Below, piece by piece: positions 8,513-17,757 of a stretch of DNA of 49,568 nt. The stretch is from the NCBI GenBank assembly GCA_964392145.1, contig CAYMPK010000001.1:1089-50656 (forward strand). Reading direction: 5' to 3'. Every line of letters starts with the position of its first letter. Position 1 is the first letter of the stretch. The translations under genes were made by a program, and so were the position numbers. The DNA comes from an uncultured Actinomycetes bacterium. Lineage in GTDB: Bacteria; Actinomycetota; Actinomycetes; S36-B12; UBA10799. Under the pieces are notes generated by a model. The model was given only the letters and a program-made list of their open reading frames with translations, ran no database searches and had not been told where the DNA came from.

Positions 8513-9949
8513 GTGTCTACTCATGGAGTCCCTCACGTGAGCGGCACCGGGACGGAACTGCGTGGTGCCCGGGTGCTGGTCATCTCCGGCGAACAGGTCG
8601 GAGAGCAGATGGCCGGACCGGCGATCAGGTCGCTCAATCTCGCGCGGCAACTGCACCACCACGGGGCCTCGGTCACGCTGGCCACGCCACTTCCCATTGA
8701 AGGACTGCAGTCGGAACTGGTGGGCCTTCGTCTCACAGCATTCGGTAAGCCCAGCGCGAGCGGATTCCGCGCCCTCGCTCGATCGCATGACATCGTCCTC
8801 GGGCAGCCACAACGTGTTGACGTCGGGTTGGGCCTACACGCCAGCGGTGCCCAGGTCATCTACGACCTCTACGTGCCGAGTTTCATCGAACGGATCGCCC
8901 ACCTGGCAGGGCAACCCGACGACGTGGCGTTGCGCCGAAACCTGCTCGAGTGCGAGCGGATCGAGTACGCCACGGCCATCGAACTGGGCGACGCCTTCAT
9001 CTGCGCCTCCCAACAGCAGCGTGACCATTGGCTGGGGGCCCTCGGTCAGGCCGGCAGGCTCGACCTCGACCTATTGGATCGGGATCCCGACGGCCGACAG
9101 CTGATCGACGTTGTGCCTTTCGGGCTGCCGGATCGGTCACCCGTCGTCCCCGCCGGAGACGGTCCGCTCCGAGGCGGGCTGTTGCCGAAGGATTCCATCA
9201 TCCTGCTGTGGACCGGTGGACTGTGGAATTGGTTCGATCCGGGACTCGTCCTGGCGGGCTTCGAGCGGGCTCGGAAGGTCGACCCCCGGCTGCGATTCGT
9301 CGTGATGGGCATGGATCACCCGGAGGGCACCTGGGAGGAGACCGCGACGTCATCGGCTCTACGCGCCCGCGCCTCGGAACTCGGGCTGTTGGGACCCCAT
9401 GGGCCGGTGAAACTGCTCGCGGGTTGGGTCCCGTACCGGGAACGTCACCGCTACCTCAAGGATGCCGACGCGGCCGTGAGCGCCCACCACACGAACCTCG
9501 AGACGCGATTCAGTTTCCGTACCCGATTCCTCGACCAACTGTGGTGCGGGCTGCCCACGCTCACGAGCGCGGGCGGTGAACTCACCGACCGCATGATCAA
9601 CGCTGGAGCTGCCCTGCCCGTCGCCGACGACCCAGCGTCGTGGGAGGCCGCCATCCTGGATTTCGCGTCGGACCCGCACCTGCGCGACTCCCTCAGCGCG
9701 GCTGCCACGGACCTCGCCCGGGACTACCGCTGGTCGAGGGTCGCGTCACCGTTGGTCGGGATCGCGGCGCAGTTGATGGAGTTGCGCCGAAGCGGGCGCG
9801 ACCACACCCCGCGGGCTCGGCGCCACCCGCTGACCACGGCTCGCTATGCCGCACTGCTGCTCCAGTCCCGGATGAGGCAGCGGGGACTGTCGGGCGTGGG
9901 TGCGTCATTGCGTTCCGGGATCACCGGTTCCGGGTCGTCCGGGGAGTAA
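8513..9949 (+). CDS. Glycosyltransferase (GT-B fold, GT4/GT1-like)
   Basis: 478-aa ORF. N-terminal VLVISGEQVGEQMAGPAIRS and C-terminal ...LETRFSFRTRFLDQLWCGLPTLTSAGGEL resemble retaining GT-B enzymes. Alternative start: GTG 8537, with GGAG 8 nt upstream. Confidence 0.7.
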   Translation: MSTHGVPHVSGTGTELRGARVLVISGEQVGEQMAGPAIRSLNLARQLHHHGASVTLATPLPIEGLQSELVGLRLTAFGKPSASGFRALARSHDIVLGQPQRVDVGLGLHASGAQVIYDLYVPSFIERIAHLAGQPDDVALRRNLLECERIEYATAIELGDAFICASQQQRDHWLGALGQAGRLDLDLLDRDPDGRQLIDVVPFGLPDRSPVVPAGDGPLRGGLLPKDSIILLWTGGLWNWFDPGLVLAGFERARKVDPRLRFVVMGMDHPEGTWEETATSSALRARASELGLLGPHGPVKLLAGWVPYRERHRYLKDADAAVSAHHTNLETRFSFRTRFLDQLWCGLPTLTSAGGELTDRMINAGAALPVADDPASWEAAILDFASDPHLRDSLSAAATDLARDYRWSRVASPLVGIAAQLMELRRSGRDHTPRARRHPLTTARYAALLLQSRMRQRGLSGVGASLRSGITGSGSSGE

Positions 9950-10792
9950 CGCGGCTGTCAGCCGGAGGCCGGACTGACCGATCACGGCATAGCCGCGCGG
10001 TGACAGCCTGCCACCCAATTCGCGCAGTCCACGCAGCTGCGCCCGGAGCACGTACCATTGCCGTTTCCGAACGAACTCGTTCGTCGTGGACCCCGGGTGC
10101 AGACGGTAGTCCACCAGAACCTCGTCGACCACACCGAATCTCGCCCCGGCACCGGCCATCCGATAGGCCAGCTGTAGATCCTCAGCCACCGGGTAACCCT
10201 CGTCATAGCCACCTACGTCCCGGACTTCAGCCAACCGCAGCATGGCCCCGCAGAAGGCGAACGGGAGTCGGCCGTCGAGCAGTCCCCAGTGCCAGTCGGG
10301 CTCGACGCCGTCTCCGGGTCGATCGCCGCTGAACGCCTCGATGCGCACCCCGACCCCGACAAGCCCCGGGTCCGCATCGAGCATCCGCATCTGCGCGGCG
10401 AACCGGCCCGGGCGGGACAGATCATCGCTGTCGCATATCGCCAGATACCGCCCACGGGCCACCGCGATCACCTGGTTGCGAGCGACGGGAATCCCCCGGC
10501 TCACCGGATTGCGCAGCACAACCACCCGCTCGTCCTCGGCGGCGATCCGCTGCGCCACACGGAGGGAGTCGTCGGTGGAGCCATCGTCGACGACGACGAG
10601 TTCGAAATCGCGCTCTGTCTGAGCCAGCACGCTGCGCATCGCCGGGGCCAAGAAATCCGCCCGGTTCCGCACCGGCATCATCGCCGTGATGGCCGGCGCT
10701 GGATCGAATCCCACGCGACCGACGCTACCGCGCGGGTTCACTATCCGGTAACGGGTGAGGCTCAGTTGGCAGGACGCTCGAAGTGCGGACAT
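9905..10792 (-). CDS. Glycosyltransferase family 2
   Basis: ITAMMPVRNRADFL...ELVVVDDGSTDDS...CDSDD motifs (GT-A fold, DxD). The ORF track runs up to 11503, but that part overlaps the upstream gene and is Arg/Gly junk. Start candidates: ATG 10792, GTG 10741, GTG 10714. Confidence 0.8.
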   Translation of the reverse strand: MSALRASCQLSLTRYRIVNPRGSVGRVGFDPAPAITAMMPVRNRADFLAPAMRSVLAQTERDFELVVVDDGSTDDSLRVAQRIAAEDERVVVLRNPVSRGIPVARNQVIAVARGRYLAICDSDDLSRPGRFAAQMRMLDADPGLVGVGVRIEAFSGDRPGDGVEPDWHWGLLDGRLPFAFCGAMLRLAEVRDVGGYDEGYPVAEDLQLAYRMAGAGARFGVVDEVLVDYRLHPGSTTNEFVRKRQWYVLRAQLRGLRELGGRLSPRGYAVIGQSGLRLTAALLPGRPGTGDPGTQ

Positions 10793-12219
10793 GCGGCACC
10801 GACTGCCTTCGGACGGCACAACACGGTGCCGTCGGGCTCGACGACCGCGACCTGCTGCCCGGCATCGGCGATGAACATTGGTCGGTCTCCTGAGAAGCGG
10901 TCGGCAACCGCGCTCACCGTGAGACCGTTGACGTCGACCACGGATCCGATCCGGAACAGGGAGGTCGTCTCCGCGATGGCGTCGTGGTCCCCTGCGCGCA
11001 TCACGACCGTCACCCCCGGAGCGAGGGCCCGCGCTGTGATGGACACCGCGATGTTGTCCAACTCGTCGCTGGCAACCGCGGCCACCGCCAGACTGCGGCC
11101 CACACCGAGCTTGATCATGGTGCGTCGCATCCCGCCGTCCCCGATGAGCACCGGGATGCCAGCAGCCCGCGCTATAGGGAGGTTGCGATTCTGCGGGTCC
11201 CGCTCGAGGGCGACGACAGCCACACCCTGGCTGCGCAACTCCTGACAGAGCCGCAGCCCGACCTGCCCGAGCCCCACGACCACCACATGGCCTGACCGTG
11301 GCAGAACCCGCCGACCGAACAGGCCCACGAACCGGCCGGACAATAGGTGTTCCACGATGCCGGCGGTGAAGACTGCCAGGAAGACGATGGCCGCCAGCAT
11401 CGCAATGATCGCGAACACCTGGTAGGCGGTGTGGCCTTCGGCCTCGGTCGTAGGCCCAACGGTGGAGAGGACCGCGACAGCCTCTTGGGTAGCTGTCAGC
11501 CAATCTCGGTGAAGGCCCACCACGAGCAGCAGGGTGTCCAGCACCAGAATGGCGAGCAGCCCGAGCAGGCCGGTCAGCAGGATCGCCGAGTTGCCGTCGT
11601 GGGGCCGGAATTGTCCGCGCAGGCGTCCAATCCGTCCTGCCCGCTTCACCCGTTCGGGGACGTTGAAGTCGACCACATGCAAGTCGTCCTCACCGGCAGA
11701 CTGCAGCGCCCACCGACGGGGACCCGGACCTCCTGGCGTGCGCCAGTTGGCGCCGGCACCGGGATCGGGCCGGGGCCCAACCGCCAGGACCCGTTGGTCG
11801 AGCAACGGACCGATCAGCGACGGGAGGGCGACATCGGCCGGGGAGGACACCCACACGTTGGGCACCACGTTGCGCAGTTGCCGACCAGCTGTTCGATCGA
11901 ACAGCGCCACGAAAATGTCGATGCCCGAGCGGAGGTGCTCGATCGCGAGGACATACCGGATAGCAGCCGTATCGTCGTGGATGAGGACGGCGACATCGGT
12001 CACGTCACCGGTCAAGGCCTCCCGCAGTTGGGCATCGCCGGGGCGTGCGAGATGGATGACCGTGCGACCCTCCGCCGACAGCTGCAGGCAGGCCCGACCG
12101 GCGAGGGCATCGTCGCCGATGATGAGGATGCTCACCTGCACATAGTCCCGGTCCGATCGCGAGTTTGCACCCCGCCTTGGACAGTTCCCCACAGTCGCCC
12201 ACCGGGCTACCCTGGACAA
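10762..12219 (-). CDS. Ion-channel-like membrane protein with flanking RCK/TrkA-N domains (RCK - 2TM pore - RCK)
   Basis: Rossmann-like SILIIGDDALAG at the N-terminus. Two TM helices bracket a pore-like LSTVGPTTEA segment. Then a canonical VVVVGLGQVGLRL TrkA-N fold and a TrkA-C-like tail. The real start may be GTG 12141 or 12135 (YVQVSILIIG). Confidence 0.75.
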   Translation of the reverse strand: MSRVARWATVGNCPRRGANSRSDRDYVQVSILIIGDDALAGRACLQLSAEGRTVIHLARPGDAQLREALTGDVTDVAVLIHDDTAAIRYVLAIEHLRSGIDIFVALFDRTAGRQLRNVVPNVWVSSPADVALPSLIGPLLDQRVLAVGPRPDPGAGANWRTPGGPGPRRWALQSAGEDDLHVVDFNVPERVKRAGRIGRLRGQFRPHDGNSAILLTGLLGLLAILVLDTLLLVVGLHRDWLTATQEAVAVLSTVGPTTEAEGHTAYQVFAIIAMLAAIVFLAVFTAGIVEHLLSGRFVGLFGRRVLPRSGHVVVVGLGQVGLRLCQELRSQGVAVVALERDPQNRNLPIARAAGIPVLIGDGGMRRTMIKLGVGRSLAVAAVASDELDNIAVSITARALAPGVTVVMRAGDHDAIAETTSLFRIGSVVDVNGLTVSAVADRFSGDRPMFIADAGQQVAVVEPDGTVLCRPKAVGAACPHFERPAN

Positions 12220-12247
12220 GGGCGATGCCAGCGCCCACCCACGACCA

Positions 12248-13021
12248 GTGATGGAGCGCGAGATGGATGTTCACAGGCACGAAGGCCGGACGGCGCTCGT
12301 CACTGGGGCCGGGTCGGGAATCGGGAGGTCCACCACCCTGCAACTGGCCCAGGAGGGCGCCAGGGTTATCGGCTGCGACATCGACGGCGCCGGTCTGGCC
12401 GTCACCGCGGAGCAGCTGGCCGCCGCAAACGTGACCGCGGAGTTGCAGCAGACGGATATCAGCGTGCAGGCGGAGGTCGACGCGCTGATGGCCACCGTCG
12501 GTGATCGGGTGGATCTGCTGGCGAACGTCGCGGGGATCATGGACCACTTCCTGCCGCTGTCCGAAGTCGACGACGAGACCTGGAATCGCGTCATGGGCGT
12601 GAACCTCGACGGCGTCATGCGACTGACCCGCGCAGTACTTCCGCTCATGCAGGCCGCAGGCTCCGGCGCCGTGGTGGCGGTGGCTTCTGAGGCTTCCCTG
12701 CGGGGCGGTTCCGCCGGTGTTGCCTATACCTGCTCGAAGCACGCACTCGTCGGGCTGGTCCAGCACGTCGCCTATTTCTACGGCCCCTTGGGCATCCGCT
12801 GCAACGCCGTGCTGCCCGGGCCGGTGGCCACCGGGATAGGAACGACCGCCGAGCCCCGCTCTCCCTGGGCGATGGAACGGGCCATGCTGTCCTTCGCGGT
12901 GATGGGCCCGATGGCGCAGCCGGAGTCCATCTCTTCGGTGATCTCCTGGCTCGGGAGTGACGAGGCGTCCAACGTCAACGGCGCGATCCTGGCCGCCGAC
13001 GGCGGCTGGTCGGCGGCCTGA
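12248..13021 (+). CDS. SDR family oxidoreductase
   Basis: TALVTGAGSGIGRS cofactor motif, NVAG, and the S...YTCSKHAL catalytic Tyr-x3-Lys; 257 aa. Confidence 0.9.
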   Translation: MMEREMDVHRHEGRTALVTGAGSGIGRSTTLQLAQEGARVIGCDIDGAGLAVTAEQLAAANVTAELQQTDISVQAEVDALMATVGDRVDLLANVAGIMDHFLPLSEVDDETWNRVMGVNLDGVMRLTRAVLPLMQAAGSGAVVAVASEASLRGGSAGVAYTCSKHALVGLVQHVAYFYGPLGIRCNAVLPGPVATGIGTTAEPRSPWAMERAMLSFAVMGPMAQPESISSVISWLGSDEASNVNGAILAADGGWSAA

Positions 13022-13038
13022 TCAGTGGCGAACGCAGA

Positions 13039-13073
13039 AACGGCCGGCAGCCCCCTTGGGGACACCGGCCGTT
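13039..13073. terminator. Putative bidirectional hairpin between convergent genes
   Basis: AACGGCCGG (13039-13047) pairs perfectly with CCGGCCGTT (13065-13073). The loop has inner CCCC/GGGG pairing. It sits between the SDR stop (13021) and the DUF2853 stop (13089). There is no U-tract, which is common in actinobacteria. Confidence 0.45.
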
Positions 13074-13088
13074 CCGATTCGAGCAGGT

Positions 13089-13400
13089 CTAGCTGACCTT
13101 GTCCAGCGTCCCGGTGACCTCGGCCAGCAGGTAGTAGAAGGTCACGCGGCCCTTGCGGTTGACGCCCTTGAGCTTCTCAACGACCTTGGCAATGCCGGCG
13201 TCCGCTTCCTCTGCGCTCAAGCCCAGCTTTTTGGCGGCGAAGCCGTCGCGTACCCGCTTGAGCTCCTCCGGGTCGCTGCTCGCCACCAGCGAACTGTCGG
13301 TGTTGCGCAGCGCGATACCGCAGTAGTTGACGATGTTCTTGACGGCGGTCGCGTTCACGTTCTTCGTGTACTTCGCGACGTCTTCCTCGTAGTCAGCCAT
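13089..13400 (-). CDS. DUF2853 family protein
   Basis: 103 aa: MADYEEDVAKYTKNV...RVTFYYLLAE. ATG 13400 is preceded by GAAGGAGAG. The ORF track extension to 13523 is unsupported. Confidence 0.8.
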   Translation of the reverse strand: MADYEEDVAKYTKNVNATAVKNIVNYCGIALRNTDSSLVASSDPEELKRVRDGFAAKKLGLSAEEADAGIAKVVEKLKGVNRKGRVTFYYLLAEVTGTLDKVS

Positions 13401-13523
13401 GCTCTCTCCTTCGGGCGCGCGGACGCGCTGTCGTGGTATCTGGTTTCCGGGGGCTCGGCGCCCCTCAGCCGCACCAACGTACCAGCCGCAGCGCGCCGAT
13501 TCCGATCTCCACTGTGCGCGCAC

Positions 13524-14186
13524 TCACCACGACGGGTTGTCCCCATCGACCGCCCACCAGCAGTACCAGGCCGCGACGCTTCGATACGGCCGGAAGGGGT
13601 CCCCCAGGACCTCGATGTCCTGCGGGGCAATGTCCCCGACGGCCTCGTGCAGTACCTGCCAACCCCGACGCATGGCCAGGTCCCCCACCGGCCAGATGTC
13701 GAGGCGGTGGAGGTCGAACATCAGAAACATCTCCACCGTCCAGCGACCGATTCCCCAGAGCGCCTGGAGCTCCGTTCGGAGGTAGTTGTCATCACCGGAA
13801 TCGATCGCCCGGTCGAGGTCGAGGTCCCCGCTGTGCAGTGCAAGCGCCAAGCCGCGAATCGTGCGTGCCTTGGCTCTGGAGAGTCCAGCCGCGCGGAGCA
13901 ACTCCTCGTCGAGCGCCAGCACGCCCTGGGGTGTCACGTCATGATCGAGCGCCTCGCTGAGACGACCTGAGATCGTGTCCGCGGCCTTGGTCGACAGTTG
14001 CTGTGCCACCACCGACTTCACGAGGCTGTCGAAGTGACTTCCGCCCCGGGTGCCATTGCCGATCGTGCACATCGGTGCCCGCGCCACCACCGCCTCGAAG
14101 GCCGGATCCGCAGCGGCAACGACCGCGACCGCCTCGCGCATCGTCGATCGCGCAACCCCTGCCACACACCGATCCTGCCAGTCCAT
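13524..14186 (-). CDS. DNA-3-methyladenine glycosylase II family (HhH-GPD, AlkA-like)
   Basis: SLVKSVVAQQLSTKAA, the LSRAKARTIRGLA hairpin-helix region, and WGIGRWTVEMFLMF...WPVGDLAMRRG. Confidence 0.85.
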   Translation of the reverse strand: MDWQDRCVAGVARSTMREAVAVVAAADPAFEAVVARAPMCTIGNGTRGGSHFDSLVKSVVAQQLSTKAADTISGRLSEALDHDVTPQGVLALDEELLRAAGLSRAKARTIRGLALALHSGDLDLDRAIDSGDDNYLRTELQALWGIGRWTVEMFLMFDLHRLDIWPVGDLAMRRGWQVLHEAVGDIAPQDIEVLGDPFRPYRSVAAWYCWWAVDGDNPSW

Positions 14187-14235
14187 CGCGGCCTTGGGAG
14201 CACGGGCGGCGTGACCGTGCCCCTAGTGTGATGAG

Positions 14236-15684
14236 GTGACGACCGCGGGCGACCGGATCCAGCTGTCCTCGCGAGAAGGCCGCCTGCTGCTGCTCACCGT
14301 CATTCTCGCGAGCGGCATGGCCTTCCTAGACGGCACCGTCGTCAACGTGGCGCTGCCGCACATCGAGGAGGACCTCGGCGGGGGGTTCTCTACCCTGCAA
14401 TGGGTACTGGACGCCTACCTGCTGACGCTCGGCTCCATGGTTCTGGTCGGTGGCGCACTCGGTGACCTCCTAGGTCGGGCGCGCGTCTTCCGTTGGGGTG
14501 TGGTCGGCTTCCTGCTGGCTTCGGTGGCATGCGGACTGTCGCCCAACGCAACAACCCTCATCGGTGCCCGGGCCATCCAAGGTCTCGCGGCGGCCCTCCT
14601 CGTTCCCGGAAGTCTGGCGCTGTTGTCCGCCAACTTCACTGAGGAGGACCGCGGTCGGGCGATCGGAGCCTGGTCCGGGCTCGTGGGAATCGTCACCGCC
14701 CTGGGACCCTTTGTGGGCGGCGTGCTGGTCGACACGGCAACATCCGGTTGGCGGTGGGTCTTCCTCATCAACGTGCCGCTCGCAGTCGTGGTGATCGCGC
14801 TGCTGCGCAAGGCCCCACGCGATTCCGGGAGCCGATCCTCCGGCCCGCTCCCCGACCAGGTCGACCTGCTCGGTGCCGGGCTGACGATTGTCGGGCTGGC
14901 ACTTGTCGTCGGGCCCCTGATCGAAGTCGGACGCCTCGGGAGCGTCTGGGCGATCGTCCTGTGCGCCGCTGGACTCGCCGTCTTGGGCATCTTCGTCTGG
15001 TGGGAACACCGACGCGAAGTGCGCGGCTCGCCAGAGCCGATGCTGCCACCGAGCCTGTGGCGATTCCGCTCATTCACCGTCGCCAACATCGTCACGTTCG
15101 TGATCTACGGCGCGCTGGGAGCGCTCATGCTGCTGATCACCATCGGGCTGCAATTCGGACTCGGCTGGTCGGCGTTGGCAACCGGCGCTGCCACCGTCCC
15201 GACGAGCCTGATCCTGTTGCTCGGGTCCAGCTGGGTGGGCTCCCTGCTACCGCGCCTGGGAGCCCGGCTGTTGATCGCACCGGGCTGCGCCTTGATGGCC
15301 GTGGGGTCCGTGATTCTGGCCAATCTGAACATGGGGAGCAGTTACTGGACGCTTGTCCTACCCGGGGTCCTTGTGTTCGGCGCAGGACTCGTGCTCGTTG
15401 TCGCGCCGATCACCACCACCGCCCTCGGCGACATTCCGGTCTCGGCGAGTGGTGTGGGCTCCGGGGTCAACAACGCCGTGGCCCGGGTCGCCAGCCTGAT
15501 AGCGATCGCCGTGGTACCACTGATCGCCGGACTGGCGGCGATGGATCCGACCCAGGGACCGGCGGTGTTGCCCGGCTTCCGTGTCGGCATGCTGACGGTT
15601 GCGATCGCATGTGCCATCGCCAGTCTTGTTGCCGTCGTCGGTTTTCGAGCCAGCTCCGGACGCGGGCCACTCACCCAGGTGTAG
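14236..15684 (+). CDS. MFS transporter, DHA2 (EmrB/QacA-like, 14-TMS) family
   Basis: 482 aa. N-terminal MAFLDGTVVNVALPHI motif, multiple TM helices, GTG start. Confidence 0.85.
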   Translation: MTTAGDRIQLSSREGRLLLLTVILASGMAFLDGTVVNVALPHIEEDLGGGFSTLQWVLDAYLLTLGSMVLVGGALGDLLGRARVFRWGVVGFLLASVACGLSPNATTLIGARAIQGLAAALLVPGSLALLSANFTEEDRGRAIGAWSGLVGIVTALGPFVGGVLVDTATSGWRWVFLINVPLAVVVIALLRKAPRDSGSRSSGPLPDQVDLLGAGLTIVGLALVVGPLIEVGRLGSVWAIVLCAAGLAVLGIFVWWEHRREVRGSPEPMLPPSLWRFRSFTVANIVTFVIYGALGALMLLITIGLQFGLGWSALATGAATVPTSLILLLGSSWVGSLLPRLGARLLIAPGCALMAVGSVILANLNMGSSYWTLVLPGVLVFGAGLVLVVAPITTTALGDIPVSASGVGSGVNNAVARVASLIAIAVVPLIAGLAAMDPTQGPAVLPGFRVGMLTVAIACAIASLVAVVGFRASSGRGPLTQV

Positions 15685-15728
15685 CGTCGGATTCGACTGA
15701 GGCGCGCACACGAAGCGACGGTGAACCC

Positions 15729-16346
15729 ATGGACGTCCTATCTGAGATCAGCCAATACAACACCCACCGTGCCCAACTCGACCGGCAACGTTCGGCCTTG
15801 TTGGTGATCGACATGCAGAAGTTCTTCGACGACATCGGACGGGCCATCGTGCCTTCGGTGGCCTCGCTGATCGAGGCGGCACGTCAAGGCGGCGTCCCGG
15901 TGGTCTTCACCCGCCACGGGCACCACGATCTGGCGGTGGACGGCGGTGTGCTCGCGCCGTGGTGGGACTTCGATCTCAGCATGTACGGAACGCCGCAGTG
16001 GCAGATCATGTCTGGCCTGCAGCCCGACCCGAGCGACTTCATCGTCGACAAGACGCGCTACTCCGCCTTCTTCGGCACCGGCCTCGCAGAGTACCTCAGT
16101 TCCCGCGGAATCCGGGACCTGGTGATTGCGGGGGTGATGACCAACTGCTGCTGTGAGACCACGGCCCGGGAGGGTTTCATGCGGGACTACCGCATATTCG
16201 TGGCGGCAGACGGCACAGCCACCGAAAACGAGGACCTGCACATCTCGTCACTGAAGGGCATGGCCTACGCGTGCGCCTACGTCGACTCGGTGGCCGGCCT
16301 GGTGGCCTCGCTCAACGGCGCCGAGGCCGACCCACCGCTGTCCTGA
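15729..16346 (+). CDS. Isochorismatase-family cysteine hydrolase
   Basis: ALLVIDMQKFF, VVFTRHGH, and KTRYSAFFGT...LVIAGVMTNCCCETTARE (catalytic Cys). In-frame ATG at 15729. The long 5' part of ORF 14748..16346 overlaps the MFS gene and is rejected. Confidence 0.85.
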   Translation: MDVLSEISQYNTHRAQLDRQRSALLVIDMQKFFDDIGRAIVPSVASLIEAARQGGVPVVFTRHGHHDLAVDGGVLAPWWDFDLSMYGTPQWQIMSGLQPDPSDFIVDKTRYSAFFGTGLAEYLSSRGIRDLVIAGVMTNCCCETTAREGFMRDYRIFVAADGTATENEDLHISSLKGMAYACAYVDSVAGLVASLNGAEADPPLS

Positions 16347-16383
16347 CCCCCACGACCCGCATCGGGAGCCAGCCGCACCGGAT

Positions 16384-17757
16384 CTAGCCGGACCCCAGGT
16401 CTGCCAGTGCGTCCTCGATGCCCCGATGGAATGTCGGATAGGCGTAGATCATGTGCCGCAGCGTAGGGATCGGGACACGCGCGCTGACCGCAACGGCGAG
16501 CGCACCGAGAACTTCACCGCCGACCGGGCCACAACTCGTAGCGCCCACGAGCACTCCGGAGTCCATGTCGGCAACCACCTTTATGAAGCCGGCATTACCG
16601 GCCTTGTGGATCCAACCCCGGGATGAGGAGGCAGTCGTGGTGAACCCGACCGCGACATTCAGCCCGTTCTTGCGCGCCTGTTCCTCACTGAGCCCGACCG
16701 ATCCAACTTCCGGATCGGTGAAGGTCACCCGCGACAGAGCCGCGTAGTCGGCCGGCGGACCAGGATCCCCAAGGATGTCACGTACCGCGATCCGCGCCTG
16801 GTACACGGCCACATGGGTGAAGGCACCCTTGCCGGTGATGTCCCCGACGGCCCAGACCCCGTCGACCCCGGAAACCCGCAGTTGCCCGTCCACCGGCAGC
16901 GCTCGCGCGTCGGCCGGTACCCCTATCGTCTCTGCGCCGACCGCGGCCGGACTCGCCCGACGGCCAGTCGCGATGAGTAGGTTGGTCGCCCGCACTTCGG
17001 TGCCCGAGGCTTCGACGCTGAACAGTCCGTCGGTGTAGGCGACTCGCTCCACCGAAACTCCGGTGAGTACACGGATTCCCTCCTCTCCGAAGACTTCCGC
17101 GATGGTCGCCCCTGCTTCCGGCTCCTCCAGTGGCAACAGTCGGGGGCCACCCTCAACCACGGTGACCTCGGTGCCGAAGCGGGAGAACGCCTGGCCCAAC
17201 TCCAAACCGATCGCGCCGCCGCCGACCACTATCAGCGACTCGGGGGGCTGCTCCGCGGCGATCGCCTCACGGTTCGTCCAGAACGGCGTACCGGCCAGAC
17301 CTGGGATCCCCGGCACCAGCGCCGTTGTCCCCGTGGCGATGACGATGCCCCGGCGGGCGCGGAAAACCTCGTCGCCGACGGCCACTTCCTGCGCCGACAA
17401 CAACCTCCCGCGTCCTCGTACGAAGGTTCCACCCAATCCGGTGAAGCGATCGACGGCGACGGTGTCGTCCCAGTTGTCGGTGGCGTCCGCCCGGATCCGG
17501 GCGGCCACGATTCCGAAGTCCGGGGTCACGGTCGACGCACCGGAAAGCTCCGGTACCCGCCGCGCCTCCGCCAGCGAGTCCGCTGCCCGGATCATCATCT
17601 TCGACGGCACACAGCCCCAGTACGGGCACTCACCACCGACGAGTTCGGCTTCGATACCGACGACATCCAGCCCGGCCTTCGCCAACGTCTCGGCGACCTC
17701 TTCACCACCGGGCCCGAGGCCGACGACGACGACGTCGGCCGCATGGGTCTCGGTCAT
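16384..17757 (-). CDS. Pyridine nucleotide-disulfide oxidoreductase (dihydrolipoyl dehydrogenase / mercuric-reductase-like family)
   Basis: DVVVVGLGPGG FAD motif and the redox-active GGECPYWGCVPSK (CxxxxC). Second Rossmann fold LIVVGGGAIGLE; C-terminal dimerisation region. The start ATG 17757 overlaps the upstream stop as ATGA. Confidence 0.85.
   Translation of the reverse strand: MTETHAADVVVVGLGPGGEEVAETLAKAGLDVVGIEAELVGGECPYWGCVPSKMMIRAADSLAEARRVPELSGASTVTPDFGIVAARIRADATDNWDDTVAVDRFTGLGGTFVRGRGRLLSAQEVAVGDEVFRARRGIVIATGTTALVPGIPGLAGTPFWTNREAIAAEQPPESLIVVGGGAIGLELGQAFSRFGTEVTVVEGGPRLLPLEEPEAGATIAEVFGEEGIRVLTGVSVERVAYTDGLFSVEASGTEVRATNLLIATGRRASPAAVGAETIGVPADARALPVDGQLRVSGVDGVWAVGDITGKGAFTHVAVYQARIAVRDILGDPGPPADYAALSRVTFTDPEVGSVGLSEEQARKNGLNVAVGFTTTASSSRGWIHKAGNAGFIKVVADMDSGVLVGATSCGPVGGEVLGALAVAVSARVPIPTLRHMIYAYPTFHRGIEDALADLGSG

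Noticed and set aside
10793-11503. N-terminal 240-aa extension of the GT2 ORF (track 9905..11503)
   Set aside because: It overlaps the channel-like gene in another frame and is Arg/Gly-rich. The GT2 fold begins at ITAMMPVRN, so the start must be near 10714-10792.
11347-13970. Long shadow ORFs 11347..12504(+), 12005..12766(-) and 12957..13970(+)
   Set aside because: Each lies opposite a motif-supported gene (channel-like, SDR, DUF2853/AlkA) and translates to low-complexity sequence.
14748-15728. 5' extension of the isochorismatase ORF (track 14748..16346)
   Set aside because: It overlaps the DHA2 MFS gene and translates to Arg/Pro/Gly junk. The homologous domain starts right after the ATG at 15729.
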